A stretch of DNA of 32,000 bases, taken from the NCBI RefSeq assembly GCF_964030745.1, contig NZ_OZ034918.1, positions 270,001 through 302,000 of the forward strand, written 5' to 3'. The DNA comes from Candidatus Saccharimonadota bacterium (lineage in GTDB: Bacteria; Bacteroidota; Bacteroidia; Cytophagales; Amoebophilaceae). Positions 1 to 11,200 of the stretch are shown here, one piece after another; within the stretch, counting starts at the first letter, position 1, and each line of letters opens with the position of its first letter. The notes below the pieces were generated by a model. The model did no database searches and was not told the DNA's origin. It saw nothing but the letters and a program-made list of their open reading frames with translations. Position numbers and translations under genes: made by a program.

Positions 1-2282
1 CCTACAGCACCTTGTGTGCTTTTTTGAGGCCTACCAATTAATCCTTTCATACCACCCAACTGACGCACCTGTTCGCGGGATCCCCTTGCACCAGAAATCA
101 TCATCATGTAAACGGAATTAAAGGCGTCTTGATCTTGCTCCAACTGTTCCATGAGTTGGTTGGTAATACGTGTATTGGTTCTGGTCCAAACGTCGATAAC
201 TTGGTTGTATCTTTCATTATCGGTTATCAACCCCAACATATAATTGCCCCAAATGGACTCTACCTCTGTGGTAGCTTGGGCAATGAGTTCATGTTTATTA
301 TCAGGTATCTTTACATCATCTAGCCCAATGGTCATCCCTGCCTTGAATGCAGTATTGAACCCTAAAGCTTTAATATTATCTAAAAACTCGACGGTAACAA
401 CTGTACCAAATTTACTGTACATATCTGTTACAATGCGCTGCATATTCCGCACATTAAGGGTTTCGTTCACAAAGGCCATTCCAGTTGGACAATATTCATT
501 GAACAATACTCTACCAACTGTCGTTTCTATAAACGCATGCTCGACCCTACCATCTGCATGCGTAGTAGGAAGTCGAAGTTTGATGTAAGCATGTTTAGAA
601 ACCTTTTCATGTGCCAATGCAATCAATACTTCCTCAGGCGCATAAAAAGACATCCCCTCCCCTAATACAAAATGATCGGGCGTACTACGCCTGCCTTTGG
701 TGAGGTAATGCAATCCTAAAATCATATCACGAGATGGAATGGTAATAGGAATGCCATTGGAGGGATTCAATACATTGTAGGATGCCAACATCAGTAATGA
801 GGCTTCGGCAATGGCCTCCTGCCCAAGCGGAACGTGAACAGCCATTTGATCCCCATCAAAATCGGCATTGAAAGCAGTACAAACCAAAGGGTGTAGTTGA
901 ATGGCTTTACCTTCAATCAACTTAGGTTGAAAGGCTTGTATACCTAATCGGTGTAGGGTTGGTGCACGGTTGAGCAATACGGGATGGCCTTTGAGTACAT
1001 TCTCCAATACATCCCAAATAACCGGATCTTTTTCTTCTATTAACCTTTTAGCAACTTTTACAGTTTCTGCTACACCACGCTCTATAAGCCTACGTATGAT
1101 AAAGGGCATAAATAACTCAACGGCCATCTCTTTAGGCAACCCGCACTCGTGTAACCGCAACTCAGGCCCCACCACAATAACAGATCTACCGGAATAATCC
1201 ACACGTTTACCGAGCAAATTCTGCCTAAAACGGCCTTGCTTACCTTTCAACATATCGGAAAGGGATTTTAATGGCCGAATACCCTCCGAAGCAACAGAAT
1301 TTACCTTACGGGAATTATCAAATAAAGAATCGACAGCTTCCTGCAACATACGCATTTCATTACGTATGATGATCTGAGGAGCCTTGATATCTAACAATCT
1401 TTTGAGTCTATTGTTTCTAATAATAACCCTTCTATAAAGGTCATTTAAGTCAGAAGTAGCGAACTTACCACCGCCCAATGAGAAAAGAGGACGCAGTTCA
1501 GGAGGAATAACAGGCAATATACGCATCACCATCCATTCTGGACGATTTTCTACTTTCTTATGGACATCTCTAAATCCTTCTACAATTTTTAACCTTTTAA
1601 CAATTTCTAGTCGACGTTGTTGAGAAGCATCGGTGAGTAGTTGTTCTCTTAATTCAACTGAAAGCTTTTCTAAGTCCAGCCCCTTTAATGCACGTTCAAT
1701 AGCTTCTGAGCCAATGAGTGCAATAAATTTATTTGGATCTGAATTGCTGAGTAATTGATTGTCTTCGGGTAACTGATCTAGAATATCCAAGTACTCATCC
1801 TCGGAGAGAAGATCCATGGCAGCTATACCATCTTCTTTTTTAATACCAGGTTGAATCACTACATAACGCTCATAGTATACAATCTGCTCCACTTTTTTAG
1901 TAGGTATACCGAGCAAATAACTAATCTTGCTAGGGAGCACTCTAAAGTACCAAATATGCGTGACTGGTACTACCAATTCAATGTGGCCCACCCGTTGCCT
2001 ACGCTGTTTCTTTTCTGTAATTTCAACACCACACCTATCGCATACAATGCCTTTATAGCGAATGCCTTTGTATTTACCACAATGGCACTCCCAGTCTTTT
2101 ACAGGGCCAAATATACGCTCACAAAACAACCCTTTGGTTTCAGGCTTATGGGTTCTATAATTAATGGTTTCTGGAAGGGTCACTTCCCCCGATGAACGAG
2201 ATAAAATAACCTCTGGGGAGGAAAGACTGGCAATAATACCAGAAAATTGAGTGGATTGTGCCCTGTTTCTTTTAAACTTCAT
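1..2282 (-). CDS. rpoC: DNA-directed RNA polymerase subunit beta' (N-terminal ~760 aa; continues beyond window start)
   Basis: Hand translation of the minus strand from ATG at 2280-2282 gives [113 protein letters not shown]. The in-frame [10 protein letters not shown] catalytic motif is at ~843-870. The frame stays open to position 1 (..[36 protein letters not shown]). It is absent from the ORF track only because it runs off the edge. It starts 35 nt downstream of rpoB. Confidence 0.96.
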   Translation of the reverse strand, partial: MKFKRNRAQSTQFSGIIASLSSPEVILSRSSGEVTLPETINYRTHKPETKGLFCERIFGPVKDWECHCGKYKGIRYKGIVCDRCGVEITEKKQRRQRVGHIELVVPVTHIWYFRVLPSKISYLLGIPTKKVEQIVYYERYVVIQPGIKKEDGIAAMDLLSEDEYLDILDQLPEDNQLLSNSDPNKFIALIGSEAIERALKGLDLEKLSVELREQLLTDASQQRRLEIVKRLKIVEGFRDVHKKVENRPEWMVMRILPVIPPELRPLFSLGGGKFATSDLNDLYRRVIIRNNRLKRLLDIKAPQIIIRNEMRMLQEAVDSLFDNSRKVNSVASEGIRPLKSLSDMLKGKQGRFRQNLLGKRVDYSGRSVIVVGPELRLHECGLPKEMAVELFMPFIIRRLIERGVAETVKVAKRLIEEKDPVIWDVLENVLKGHPVLLNRAPTLHRLGIQAFQPKLIEGKAIQLHPLVCTAFNADFDGDQMAVHVPLGQEAIAEASLLMLASYNVLNPSNGIPITIPSRDMILGLHYLTKGRRSTPDHFVLGEGMSFYAPEEVLIALAHEKVSKHAYIKLRLPTTHADGRVEHAFIETTVGRVLFNEYCPTGMAFVNETLNVRNMQRIVTDMYSKFGTVVTVEFLDNIKALGFNTAFKAGMTIGLDDVKIPDNKHELIAQATTEVESIWGNYMLGLITDNERYNQVIDVWTRTNTRITNQLMEQLEQDQDAFNSVYMMMISGARGSREQVRQLGGMKGLIGRPQKSTQGAV

Positions 2283-2317
2283 ATGGTTAAAAGCAATGTT
2301 AAATATGTCAAACTGTA

Positions 2318-5300
2318 CTATACAAGTGTAATTTCAAGACCTAGTCCCCTTAGTTCATGAATCAATACATTAAATGATTCGGATAAATTTGGCTTTGGAA
2401 TATTATTACCTTTCACAATTGCTTCATAGGCTTTAGATCTGCCCACTACATCATCTGATTTGGTATTGAGCATTTCTTGTAAAGTATAAGCAGCACCATA
2501 TGCTTCAAGCGCCCATACTTCCATTTCACCAAATCTTTGTCCACCAAATTGGGCTTTACCGCCTAATGGCTGCTGCGTAATCAAGGAATAAGGTCCTGTA
2601 GAACGGGCATGCATCTTATCGTCTACTAAATGGGCAAGTTTAAGGAGATACACCACACCAACGGTAACTTTTTGGCTAAATGGCATCCCTGTTCCTCCAT
2701 CATAAACGGTTGTTTTACCAAAAGCAGGTAAACCAGCTTGCTCCAGCTCACCAGAAATCTGATCTAAGGTCATACCCTCAAAAATAGGATTGGTATACCG
2801 TTTGCCCAACTGCTCACCAGCCCAACCCAAAACGGTTTCATATAACTGACCTAAGTTCATACGAGAAGGCAACCCTAGTGGACTCAAGACAACATCTACT
2901 GGTGTACCATCTGCTAAAAATGGCATATCCTCTTGGGGAACGATCTTGCAAACAATACCTTTATTACCATGCCGTCCAGACATCTTATCACCAACCTTGA
3001 GCTTTCTTTTTTCTGCAATATAGACCTTAGCTACTTTGACAACCCCTTTGGGTAGCCCATCACCCGCTTCTAGCGTAAACCTTTCACGTTTAAAACGTAC
3101 AATAGATTCCGTACACTTTTTAATGTAACCAGCTACAGTACGCTGCACTAGATCATTTTTGGATGCATCAGCTGTCCAATTGCTCAGTACAAGATCTCCA
3201 AGTAAATTGGCTTCTGCTGGAACATTGTAAAGGGACTCATCACGGTAAATATTTTTAGCAGGAAAGAGCTTTTCAGCAATTAACAGCGCTGTCAGTTTGG
3301 TCCCTTCCGCAATAATTTCATCACCAAATTGGTGATAGATACCATTAGTGGCCACTCCATCTAAAACAACTGATAATTTTTTAATCGCTATATCACGCAA
3401 CTTTAGTAAATTCTTTGTATGCGCTTTCTTTAATAGTTCTAGTTCTTTTTTGACTTTTTCCTTGCTTTCCTTATTTCTTTCAGGGCTAGAGAAAATTTTA
3501 GTATCAATCACAATGCCTTCCATGCCAGATGGAACTCTCAAGGAAGTATTCTTTACATCACCTGCTTTATCGCCAAAAATAGCCTTCAAAAGTCTTGCTT
3601 CTGGGGTAACATCTATCTCTCCTTTTGGTGTAATTTTACCAATTAAAATATCTCCTTCTTTAACCTCTGTACCCACCTTAACGATTCCATCAAGGTCTAA
3701 CTTGGCAATCGCTTCTTCACTAACATTTGGAATTTCATTGGTCAACTCCTCTGCACCAAATTTGGTATCCTTAACCTCTAGAATAAATTCTTTAATATGA
3801 ATAGAGGTAAAAACATCATCCCGCACAATACGTTCAGAGATCACAATACCATCTTCAAAAGTATACCCTTTCCAAGATAGGAAAGCCACTTTTAGATTTT
3901 TACCCAGTGCCAACTCAGCATTTTTAGTAGCATAACCTTCACAAAGCACCTGACCTTTTTCTACGCGATTTCCTTTAGAAACGATGGGTGAGAGATTAAT
4001 ACAAGTACTGCGATTGGTACCCCTAAATTTATCCATGGAGTAGGTTACCGAAGCATCATCAAATGCAACGAGCGCTTCTTCTGCAGAGCGATCATACTGG
4101 ACCACAATTTTTCTACTATCTACATAGGTCACCAGACCACTACCCTCTGCAATAGGCAACCCCCTAAACTCTTTGGCTACCCTCTTTTCTACACCGGTGC
4201 AAACGATAGGCACATCTGGTCGAATCAACGGAACGGCCTGACGTTGCATGTTAGAACCCATCAACGCACGGCTGGCATCATTGTGCTCCAAAAATGGAAT
4301 CAAAGAAGCAGCAACCGAAGCGATCTGACTACTGGCCACATCCATATAGTTAACCTGCTCTGGTTTTACCAGAGGATATTCATCCCCGTTACGGACTTTA
4401 ACACGACTATCTAAGATCACGCCATTTGCATCTAAGCCCACATTAGCCGGGGCGAAATTAGCATGCTCTTCTTCTGCAGCACTTAGGTAACAGATAGCAC
4501 CACTCAGATCAACTTTTCCATTTTCTACACGTCTATAAGGGGTCTCAATAAAGCCCATATTGTTTACACGGGCATACATACAAAGCGAAGAAATCAAGCC
4601 AATGTTCATACCCTCTGGTGTTTCAATGGTACACAACCTTCCATAATGGGAATAGTGTACGTCACGAACCTCAAAGCCAGCACGATCTCTAGAAAGCCCA
4701 CCAGGCCCTAACGCAGATACACGCCGCTTATGGGTAATCTCTGCCAGTGGGTTCACTTGATCAATCAACTGAGAAAGTGGATTAATACCAAAAAAAGAAT
4801 TGATAACAGAGGAAAGTGTACGTGCATTAATCAGATCTGCAGGCTTAAACAGCTCATTATCCCTAATGTTAATGCGCTCCCTAATGGTTCTAGCCAAGCG
4901 GGAAAGCCCTACACCAAATTGGGCAAAAAGCTGCTCGCCAACAGAACGAACACGGCGATTGCTTAAGTGATCAATATCATCTACTTCTGCCTTACCATTG
5001 ACTACTTTGATGAGATAATGAATAATCTGTATGATATCTTCTTGGGTCAATACAGAAGTTTTTACCGGAATGTCTAAATTTAATTTTTTATTGATCCTGT
5101 AACGCCCCACTTCACCCAAGGTGTAGCGCTTACTGCTAAAAAAAAGGCTTTCTACCGTTTCACGAGCCGTCTGCTCATCAGGAGCCTCTGCATTACGCAA
5201 CTGACGGTAAATTTGTTCTATTGCCTCTTTGGTATCATTGGTGTTATCCTTTCCAAAAGAATTATAGACAAGATGATAATCCGTATAAGTTGCTTCTGAT

Positions 5301-6157
5301 TTATGCAAGATAATAGAAGCGACCTCATAGGATAGAATCAGCTCTATAATTGCTTCATCCAATACAGTATTGCGCTCTACAAGGACTTCATGCGTGATAC
5401 GCACATATTCTTCACCAGTCTCTTCATCTACATAACGTTCCTCACAGCTTTGTAAAACACGGGCAGCTAATTTACGGCCCATATGTTTTTCCAACGCTTC
5501 TCTACTGACTGCCACCTCCTCTGCAAGACCAAAAATATCTAAGATATCCTTATCACTACTATACCCAATAGCACGTAGCATAGTAGTAATCGGTATTTTC
5601 TTTTTCCTGTCTAGGTAAATATACATTACCGAATTGATATCAACTGAAAATTCAATCCAAACACCTTTGGCAGGAACTACTTTAGCAGCGTACACATTTG
5701 AGCCACTAATATGTTTATTCTGAAAAAAGAAAATACCAGAAGACTTATGCACTTGAGAAACAACTACACGCTCCACACCACTCAAAATAAAGGAGCCTTG
5801 ATCGGTCATATAGGGCACATTACCCAAAAAAACCTCTTGCTCCACTCCTTCATATTTTCCAGTATGCTCGTCATTTTGCAACAAGCGCAACTTTGCTTTC
5901 AAGGGAACATCATAGGTCAACCCACGCTCAATACACTCCCGAGGAGTATATTGGGGAAGCTCTAGATTGTAATCAATAAACTCCAGAATATAATTTCGCT
6001 TAGAATCTTCAATAGGAAAATGGTCCATAAAAACTTTATAGAGCCCCTCACTAGTTCTATTTTCTGGACTAACACCCAGTTGAAAAAAGTCCCTAAAAGA
6101 CTTTAACTGGATTTCAAGCAAATCAGTATAGTTTGCAGCGGCATCAGCAGAAGGCAT
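2318..6157 (-). CDS. rpoB: DNA-directed RNA polymerase subunit beta
   Basis: 1279-aa ORF with full-length RpoB hallmarks (..[33 protein letters not shown].., ..[14 protein letters not shown].., ..[26 protein letters not shown]..). Canonical position between rplL and rpoC. Confidence 0.98.
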   Translation of the reverse strand: MPSADAAANYTDLLEIQLKSFRDFFQLGVSPENRTSEGLYKVFMDHFPIEDSKRNYILEFIDYNLELPQYTPRECIERGLTYDVPLKAKLRLLQNDEHTGKYEGVEQEVFLGNVPYMTDQGSFILSGVERVVVSQVHKSSGIFFFQNKHISGSNVYAAKVVPAKGVWIEFSVDINSVMYIYLDRKKKIPITTMLRAIGYSSDKDILDIFGLAEEVAVSREALEKHMGRKLAARVLQSCEERYVDEETGEEYVRITHEVLVERNTVLDEAIIELILSYEVASIILHKSEATYTDYHLVYNSFGKDNTNDTKEAIEQIYRQLRNAEAPDEQTARETVESLFFSSKRYTLGEVGRYRINKKLNLDIPVKTSVLTQEDIIQIIHYLIKVVNGKAEVDDIDHLSNRRVRSVGEQLFAQFGVGLSRLARTIRERINIRDNELFKPADLINARTLSSVINSFFGINPLSQLIDQVNPLAEITHKRRVSALGPGGLSRDRAGFEVRDVHYSHYGRLCTIETPEGMNIGLISSLCMYARVNNMGFIETPYRRVENGKVDLSGAICYLSAAEEEHANFAPANVGLDANGVILDSRVKVRNGDEYPLVKPEQVNYMDVASSQIASVAASLIPFLEHNDASRALMGSNMQRQAVPLIRPDVPIVCTGVEKRVAKEFRGLPIAEGSGLVTYVDSRKIVVQYDRSAEEALVAFDDASVTYSMDKFRGTNRSTCINLSPIVSKGNRVEKGQVLCEGYATKNAELALGKNLKVAFLSWKGYTFEDGIVISERIVRDDVFTSIHIKEFILEVKDTKFGAEELTNEIPNVSEEAIAKLDLDGIVKVGTEVKEGDILIGKITPKGEIDVTPEARLLKAIFGDKAGDVKNTSLRVPSGMEGIVIDTKIFSSPERNKESKEKVKKELELLKKAHTKNLLKLRDIAIKKLSVVLDGVATNGIYHQFGDEIIAEGTKLTALLIAEKLFPAKNIYRDESLYNVPAEANLLGDLVLSNWTADASKNDLVQRTVAGYIKKCTESIVRFKRERFTLEAGDGLPKGVVKVAKVYIAEKRKLKVGDKMSGRHGNKGIVCKIVPQEDMPFLADGTPVDVVLSPLGLPSRMNLGQLYETVLGWAGEQLGKRYTNPIFEGMTLDQISGELEQAGLPAFGKTTVYDGGTGMPFSQKVTVGVVYLLKLAHLVDDKMHARSTGPYSLITQQPLGGKAQFGGQRFGEMEVWALEAYGAAYTLQEMLNTKSDDVVGRSKAYEAIVKGNNIPKPNLSESFNVLIHELRGLGLEITLV

Positions 6158-6209
6158 ATGGCAATTTTATTTTACTAGATTGTTTTTTCTTCACAAAGGT
6201 GCTACAAGC

Positions 6210-6587
6210 TTACTTCAACTCAACCTCTGCACCAGCCTCTTCTAATTTTCTTTTAATCGTCTCTGCTTCTTCCTTAGGAAGGTTTTCTTTCATCGTAGCT
6301 GGTACCCCATCTACAAACTCCTTGGCCTCTTTTAAATTCAATCCTGTTATTTCTTTTACCAGTTTTACCACTGCCAACTTAGAGGCACCTCCTGATTTAA
6401 CCACTACATCAAAAGTTGTTTTTTCTGGGGCGGCGTCAGCTGCAGCAGCAGGACCAGCTGCCACCATCATAGGCGCTGCAGCAGCGGGTTCAATACCATA
6501 ATCATTTTTCAAAATATCAGATAGCTCATTTGCCTGCTTAACCGTTAAATTAACAAGTTGTTCGGCTAACACTTTTAACTCGGCCAT
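6210..6587 (-). CDS. rplL: 50S ribosomal protein L7/L12
   Basis: 125-aa ORF with an Ala-rich hinge ([24 protein letters not shown]) and the C-terminal [28 protein letters not shown] signature. Confidence 0.97.
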   Translation of the reverse strand: MAELKVLAEQLVNLTVKQANELSDILKNDYGIEPAAAAPMMVAAGPAAAADAAPEKTTFDVVVKSGGASKLAVVKLVKEITGLNLKEAKEFVDGVPATMKENLPKEEAETIKRKLEEAGAEVELK

Positions 6588-6631
6588 AATTTATAAAGGT
6601 TTATAAGATTTAGATAGATACAAAAATATAG

Positions 6632-6780
6632 AGAAACTTCCCTTAAGCTGCTTTTGAGCTACTACTGGTAATTTGCACATCCATCTGGTGGTTAAATCCT
6701 CCCCTACATCTAGTAGGCTCTGGCCTTGCACACCCCTGTCTTCTACAAATCGCTCAGCATAAACAAGCCTCGAAAGCAGT
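6632..6780. repeat. Palindromic ~150-bp element filling the rplJ-rplL spacer (same family as 27798-27952)
   Basis: Long-range inverted arms: GCTGCTTTTGAG (6647-6658) pairs with CTCGAAAGCAG (6769-6779); CTACTGGTAATTTGCA pairs with TCTACAAATCGCTCAG; near-palindromic centre CTACATCTAGTAG. It shares sequence blocks with the rpmB-rpmG spacer element. Confidence 0.6.
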
Positions 6781-6786
6781 CTTTTG

Positions 6787-7326
6787 TTAAGTGGATGCTT
6801 TTGACAAAGTTTCTACTACTCCCATTAAACGTTTTTCTCCAGACTGAATCGCAGCCACAACATTTAAAATAGGAGCTTTCAAAAGCGCCATAATATCGCC
6901 CAAAACCTCCTCTTTTGATTTTAGGTTACTCAAGGCATCTAGGTGTTCTACACCAATAAATAGTTCACCATGAATAGAAGCACCCTTCAACACAGGTAGG
7001 CTTAATTTTTCAGCTTCCAAAAAAGCTTTTAACATTTTTCCGGGAGCACGCCCGCTGTCGCGGCTAAACAAAATACCAGAAAAACCCTTTAATATACTGG
7101 AAAAAGAAGGAGCATAAGCAGCGCACTTTTCAGATCGCTCCAGTGCCTTCTGTATCAAAGTATTCTTAGCTACTTGATAGACTATATTTTGTTCTGCACA
7201 ACTTTTTCTAAACTTGTTTACCTGTTCCACGGTAAGACCCATAGCGTCCACCACATAAAAACAGTCGAAAGTAGAAAATCTTTCCACTAGATTTTCTATA
7301 ACCTGTAATTTTTCTTCTCGTTTCAT
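6787..7326 (-). CDS. rplJ: 50S ribosomal protein L10
   Basis: ORF track 6787-7347. Start chosen at the internal ATG 7324-7326 (MKREEKLQVIENLVERF, a typical L10 N-terminus). This leaves a 4-nt gap to the rplA stop instead of a 17-nt overlap. Confidence 0.93.
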   Translation of the reverse strand: MKREEKLQVIENLVERFSTFDCFYVVDAMGLTVEQVNKFRKSCAEQNIVYQVAKNTLIQKALERSEKCAAYAPSFSSILKGFSGILFSRDSGRAPGKMLKAFLEAEKLSLPVLKGASIHGELFIGVEHLDALSNLKSKEEVLGDIMALLKAPILNVVAAIQSGEKRLMGVVETLSKAST

Positions 7327-7330
7327 TTTT

Positions 7331-8023
7331 CTAAAGCCCAACGGCAATGCTCCTATCTACGAAAACGCCTCTACTCATCGTGCTAGAAAGACTAATACTA
7401 TTTACATAAAGCCCTTTTGAGGAGGCAGGCTTTAACTTAACAATCGCTCGCAACAACTCCGTCACATTCTCTACGATCTTTTCCTGAGGGAAAGAGACGC
7501 GGCCCACACTACTATGTACAATGCCATACTTATCGACCTTAAAGCTTACCTTTCCGCTCTTTACCTCTCTAACCATTTTGGCAACATCCATGGTTACCGT
7601 ACCAACCTTAGGATTGGGCATTAGCCCACGAGGCCCTAAGATCTTACCAAGCTTGCCCAGTTTCACCATAACGGTTGGCATGGTGATAATCACATCTACA
7701 TCTGTCCATCCGGCTGCTATCTTGTCTATATAGTCATCTAATCCCACATAGTCAGCTCCAGCTTGCTTGGCTTCTTGTTCTTTATCGGCTGTACAGAGCA
7801 CTAAAATTCTGCAAGACTTACCTGTTCCATGTGGCAGGGATACGGTGCCCCTCACCATCTGGTCAGATTTTTTAGGATCCACACCCAAACGAACTGCAAC
7901 ATCCATGGAAGCATCAAACTTTGTAAAAGTATTTTTTTGCACCAGCTGAACAGCCTCACTTAAATGGTATACCTCTTTTGAAGCAACCGTCGTGCTATGT
8001 TTATTCCTTTTTTGAATGGCCAT
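7331..8023 (-). CDS. rplA: 50S ribosomal protein L1
   Basis: 230-aa ORF with an L1 signature (..[26 protein letters not shown].., ..[16 protein letters not shown]..). Confidence 0.97.
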   Translation of the reverse strand: MAIQKRNKHSTTVASKEVYHLSEAVQLVQKNTFTKFDASMDVAVRLGVDPKKSDQMVRGTVSLPHGTGKSCRILVLCTADKEQEAKQAGADYVGLDDYIDKIAAGWTDVDVIITMPTVMVKLGKLGKILGPRGLMPNPKVGTVTMDVAKMVREVKSGKVSFKVDKYGIVHSSVGRVSFPQEKIVENVTELLRAIVKLKPASSKGLYVNSISLSSTMSRGVFVDRSIAVGL

Positions 8024-8034
8024 TTTCCTATCTT

Positions 8035-8478
8035 TTATTTAACCCAAGGGGCAGTACCTTGTACTGTAACACCCATACTTCTTGCTGTTCCAGCTATCAT
8101 ACGCATGGCTGCATGTACATTTAAGGTATTTAAATCTGGAAGCTTATCCGTTGCAATTTGTCCAATCTGATCCCAGGTAATTGTAGCCACCTTACGCCTA
8201 TTGGACTCAGGGGAGCCTTTGGTAATCTGAGCAAGCTTCATAATAGAAACTACCGCAGGGGATGTTTTAATGATAAAGTCAAAAGACTTATCTTGATAAA
8301 CAGTAATGATTACAGGTACAATTTCTCCTTGTTGATCCTTAGTTCTGGCATTAAATTGCTTACAGAACTCCATGATATTGATACCCTTACTACCCAAGGC
8401 TGGACCTACTGGTGGAGATGGATTGGCTGATCCACCTTTAACCCGCAACTTTACATAACCTAAAATTGGCTTAGACAT
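8035..8478 (-). CDS. rplK: 50S ribosomal protein L11
   Basis: 147-aa ORF with ..[30 protein letters not shown].. and ..[14 protein letters not shown].. motifs. Confidence 0.97.
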   Translation of the reverse strand: MSKPILGYVKLRVKGGSANPSPPVGPALGSKGINIMEFCKQFNARTKDQQGEIVPVIITVYQDKSFDFIIKTSPAVVSIMKLAQITKGSPESNRRKVATITWDQIGQIATDKLPDLNTLNVHAAMRMIAGTARSMGVTVQGTAPWVK

Positions 8479-8505
8479 ACTATATGAATTTTATAAAACC
8501 CTTTA

Positions 8506-8528
8506 GATTTTTTCGGTCGAAAAAAATC
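8506..8528 (-). terminator. A/T-rich hairpin between nusG and rplK (possible attenuator/terminator or leader structure)
   Basis: GATTTTTTCG-GT-CGAAAAAAATC inverted repeat, preceded in the minus sense by a small GCGC-loop-GCGC hairpin (8534-8545). No clear U-tract follows; function not established. Confidence 0.25.
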
Positions 8529-8553
8529 CAAAGGCGCAAATGCGCTACTTTGA

Positions 8554-9108
8554 TTAAAAAACCTTTTTAACCTGCGTATAACTTAACTCTACAGGAGTAC
8601 TCCGTTCATCAAAGATTTTAACCACCACATTTAGTGTTTTCTTCTCTTCAAAAATCTCCTGTACATTTCCAGAAAAGCCTGCAAAAGGCCCATCTATAAT
8701 TTCCACTACTTCCCCTAACGCAAAAATAGTATGCAACTTGAGATGACTAGGCTCAAGACTACCAGTTTTACCAATAATCCGGTCTATTTCTACTTGACTC
8801 AATGGAACAGGCGTACCACGCCATCCCCTCACCCCTAAAAATCCTAAAGCACCTGTTATACTTTTTAGTAACTGCACAAGAAAATCATTTGATAAGTCTG
8901 CCTGCAAGAATATATAGCCAGGAAATAAATGCCTATTTTTTACATATTTTTTTCCAGCACGAACCTCATAAACCTTTTCGTAAGGTATTAATAGGTCACC
9001 AACAATATGTTGTAAATTATTTCTTGCAAGTTCTACCTGCAGATTAGCCTTTATTTTTTCTTCTTGCTTAGCGACTACTTTAAGCACATACCATTGTAAC
9101 GCATTCAT
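8554..9108 (-). CDS. nusG: Transcription termination/antitermination factor NusG
   Basis: 184-aa ORF. N-terminal WYVLKV..KQEEKIK (NGN domain) and C-terminal KOW-like GEVVEIIDGPFAGFSGNVQEI. Canonical secE-nusG-rplK context. Confidence 0.95.
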   Translation of the reverse strand: MNALQWYVLKVVAKQEEKIKANLQVELARNNLQHIVGDLLIPYEKVYEVRAGKKYVKNRHLFPGYIFLQADLSNDFLVQLLKSITGALGFLGVRGWRGTPVPLSQVEIDRIIGKTGSLEPSHLKLHTIFALGEVVEIIDGPFAGFSGNVQEIFEEKKTLNVVVKIFDERSTPVELSYTQVKKVF

Positions 9109-9124
9109 TCAACCCATCCACTGT

Positions 9125-9316
9125 TTAAAAAGCATTATAAAACCAGACAAAAGCTTTTTTTAAAGACCAATCCATGAGCCCAATAAGAAGCGCAAATACA
9201 AAGGAGGCCACAAGCACAAGCAGCGCACTATTTTGCAACTTATGGTAGGGAGGCCAAGTAATCTTATGCCTTACTTCCTGTATCAGATTCTGTATAAATA
9301 TCTTTACTTTTGACAT
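9125..9316 (-). CDS. secE: Preprotein translocase subunit SecE
   Basis: 63-aa ORF with a single C-terminal TM helix (ALLVLVASFVFALLIGLMDW) and the E.R.KITWP motif. Position between tRNA-Trp and nusG. Confidence 0.85.
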   Translation of the reverse strand: MSKVKIFIQNLIQEVRHKITWPPYHKLQNSALLVLVASFVFALLIGLMDWSLKKAFVWFYNAF

Positions 9317-9327
9317 ATTATTTGACG

Positions 9328-9400
9328 CACGGGTGGAGAGACTCGAACTCCCAGCCTATGGTTTTGGAGACCACCACTCTACCAGTTGAGCTACACCCGT
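9328..9400 (-). tRNA. tRNA-Trp (anticodon CCA)
   Basis: Minus-sense ACGGGTGTAGCTCAACTGGTAGAGTGGTGGTCTCCAAAACCATAGGCTGGGAGTTCGAGTCTCTCCACCCGTG. It has a 7-bp acceptor stem, a CT-CCA-AA anticodon loop and a GTTCGAGTC T-arm. No encoded CCA. Confidence 0.95.
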
Positions 9401-9470
9401 ATTGTTTATACCATAACTAGAAATAGAAACAGTGATTTTTTATTCAGAAAAAAAATGGTCAAAAAACAGG

Positions 9471-10658
9471 CTATTCAATAATATCAGTAACCCTTCCAGC
9501 ACCAACCGTTCTACCTCCTTCACGAATCGCAAAACGCAATCCTACTTCCATAGCAATACTGTGAATTAGGGTAATTTCCAAATTAACATTATCACCTGGC
9601 ATAACCATTTCAGTCCCCTCAGGCAACCTTACCTCACCTGTAACATCTGTTGTTCTAAAATAGCACTGCGGCCTATACTTGTTAAAGAATGGTGTATGGC
9701 GCCCTCCCTCTTGTTTCGTTAATACATAAACCTCAGCTTTAAACTTGCTATGCGGCTTAACACTTCCTGGCTTACAAACCACCATGCCGCGCTGAATAGA
9801 AGCCTTATCTACACCACGAAGCAGTAGCCCTACATTATCACCAGCCTCTCCTCTATCCAAGTTTTTTCGAAACATTTCCACACCTGTAACAGTAGAAGTC
9901 AACTTATCAGCTCCCATACCAATAATCTCAACAGGGCTACCAGTAGTAATCACCCCCTTTTCAATTCTACCAGTTACAACCGTTCCACGACCGGTAATGG
10001 TACATACCCCTTCTACCGGCATTAAGAAATCTTGATCTACCAATCGTACAGGAAGGGGAATATAACTATCTACCGCATCCATCAATTCCTCAACTTTTGC
10101 TTCCCACTGCTGCTCTCCATTTAAAGCACCCAGCGCAGAACCACGAATAATAGGAGTATTATCACCATCAAACTTATAAGCATTTAACAACTCTCTAATT
10201 TCAAGCTCCACCAACTCAATCATTTCAGGATCATCTACCAGATCTACCTTATTTAAAAATACCACGATACGTGGCACACCAATCTGGCTAGCCAAAAGAA
10301 TATGCTCCCTGGTTTGAGGCATCGCGCCATCTGTAGCGGCAACCAAAAGAATCGCCCCATCCATCTGAGCAGCACCTGTAATCATGTTTTTAACATAATC
10401 CTTATGACCTGGACAATCAACATGGGCATAGTGCCTGTTTTTGGTTTGATATTCTACATGAGCAGTATTAATGGTAATACCCCGCTCCTTTTCCTCTGGA
10501 GCTGCATCAATGGCTGAAAACTCTTTCTTTTCCGCCAACCCTTGCTTAGCCAAAACAGTAGTAATAGCAGCCGTCAGTGTTGTTTTTCCATGGTCAACGT
10601 GGCCAATGGTACCAATGTTTACATGGGGCTTTAACCGATTAAATGTCTCCTTTGCCAT
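9471..10658 (-). CDS. tuf: Elongation factor Tu
   Basis: 395-aa ORF with [15 protein letters not shown] and NKVD GTPase motifs over the full length. Confidence 0.99.
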   Translation of the reverse strand: MAKETFNRLKPHVNIGTIGHVDHGKTTLTAAITTVLAKQGLAEKKEFSAIDAAPEEKERGITINTAHVEYQTKNRHYAHVDCPGHKDYVKNMITGAAQMDGAILLVAATDGAMPQTREHILLASQIGVPRIVVFLNKVDLVDDPEMIELVELEIRELLNAYKFDGDNTPIIRGSALGALNGEQQWEAKVEELMDAVDSYIPLPVRLVDQDFLMPVEGVCTITGRGTVVTGRIEKGVITTGSPVEIIGMGADKLTSTVTGVEMFRKNLDRGEAGDNVGLLLRGVDKASIQRGMVVCKPGSVKPHSKFKAEVYVLTKQEGGRHTPFFNKYRPQCYFRTTDVTGEVRLPEGTEMVMPGDNVNLEITLIHSIAMEVGLRFAIREGGRTVGAGRVTDIIE

Positions 10659-10749
10659 AGTTTAATAATTCTTTATACTTTCAATACAATAAATAATTCA
10701 TCCAATACATTTTTGGGGGCTACCCAAAACTAACTTCTCCATTCCAAAA

Positions 10750-10824
10750 TGGAGCCAATGACGGGACTTGAACCCGTGACCTCTTCCTTACCAAGGAAGC
10801 ACTCTACCACTGAGCTACACCGGC
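10750..10824 (-). tRNA. tRNA-Thr (anticodon GGT)
   Basis: Minus-sense GCCGGTGTAGCTCAGTGGTAGAGTGCTTCCTTGGTAAGGAAGAGGTCACGGGTTCAAGTCCCGTCATTGGCTCCA. Anticodon stem CTTCC/GGAAG with loop TTGGTAA. This is the only tRNA in the window with a genomically encoded CCA. Confidence 0.94.
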
Positions 10825-10840
10825 CCTATAGCAATCAAAG

Positions 10841-10913
10841 AGCGGGAGACGAGGATCGAACTCGCGACCTGAAGCTTGGAAGGCTGCCGCTCTACCAACT
10901 GAGCTACTCCCGC
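10841..10913 (-). tRNA. tRNA-Gly (anticodon TCC)
   Basis: Minus-sense GCGGGAGTAGCTCAGTTGGTAGAGCGGCAGCCTTCCAAGCTTCAGGTCGCGAGTTCGATCCTCGTCTCCCGCT, with anticodon loop CTTCCAA. Confidence 0.94.
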
Positions 10914-10949
10914 CTAGATACCACTACAACTATTACCACTACCACCTAG

Positions 10950-11030
10950 TGGGGAGAGAAGGATTCGAACCTTCGAAGCTTACGCAACGGATTTACAGTC
11001 CGCCCCAATTGGCCGCTCTGGCATCTCCCC
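10950..11030 (-). tRNA. tRNA-Tyr (anticodon GTA), long variable arm
   Basis: Minus-sense GGGGAGATGCCAGAGCGGCCAATTGGGGCGGACTGTAAATCCGTTGCGTAAGCTTCGAAGGTTCGAATCCTTCTCTCCCCA. Loop CTGTAAA and a class II variable arm. Confidence 0.94.
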
Positions 11031-11200
11031 AGGTATAACTAAAAAAAAAGACAAGCGCAATATAAATATAGCATGCCCACTACTTGAATGGGTCAAGCAA
11101 ATCTACGAAAAATATTTATCTTCTACAAGAAACCTAAAATGAATGAAAAGACAAAACCTCTTTTAACAACACAACCAACCACATCCCTATTAGTAAAAAC

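Noticed and set aside
129-2195. Plus-strand ORFs 129-323, 244-588, 970-1197 and 1851-2195.
   Set aside because: All lie antisense to or out of frame with the continuous rpoC reading frame on the minus strand. They have low-complexity, non-protein-like sequence.
3348-6501. Plus-strand ORFs inside rpoB/rplL (3348-3800, 4730-4966, 5711-5965, 6133-6501).
   Set aside because: They are shadow ORFs antisense to highly conserved genes, with Ser/Leu/Thr-rich composition typical of antisense frames.
7347-7347. Upstream start for rplJ ([13 protein letters not shown]..) as given by the ORF track.
   Set aside because: It would overlap rplA by 17 nt. The internal MKREEKLQVIE start matches the usual L10 N-terminus.
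7521-10665. Plus-strand ORFs within rplA, rplK, nusG and tuf (7521-7733, 7767-7949, 8158-8430, 8802-9047, 10302-10517, 10471-10665).
   Set aside because: Antisense shadows of well-supported genes.
10725-10732. A -7-like box (minus sense TAGTTTTG) about 70 nt upstream of tuf, and a similar TAGATTTG at 11098-11105 upstream of tRNA-Tyr.
   Set aside because: Neither has a -33 TTTG at the 19-21 nt spacing. The tuf box would place the -33 region inside tRNA-Thr. tuf may simply be co-transcribed with the tRNAs, so I did not call them.
10749-10949. 66-aa plus-strand ORF (MEPMTGLEPVTSSLPRK..).
   Set aside because: It is the antisense translation of the tRNA-Thr and tRNA-Gly genes.
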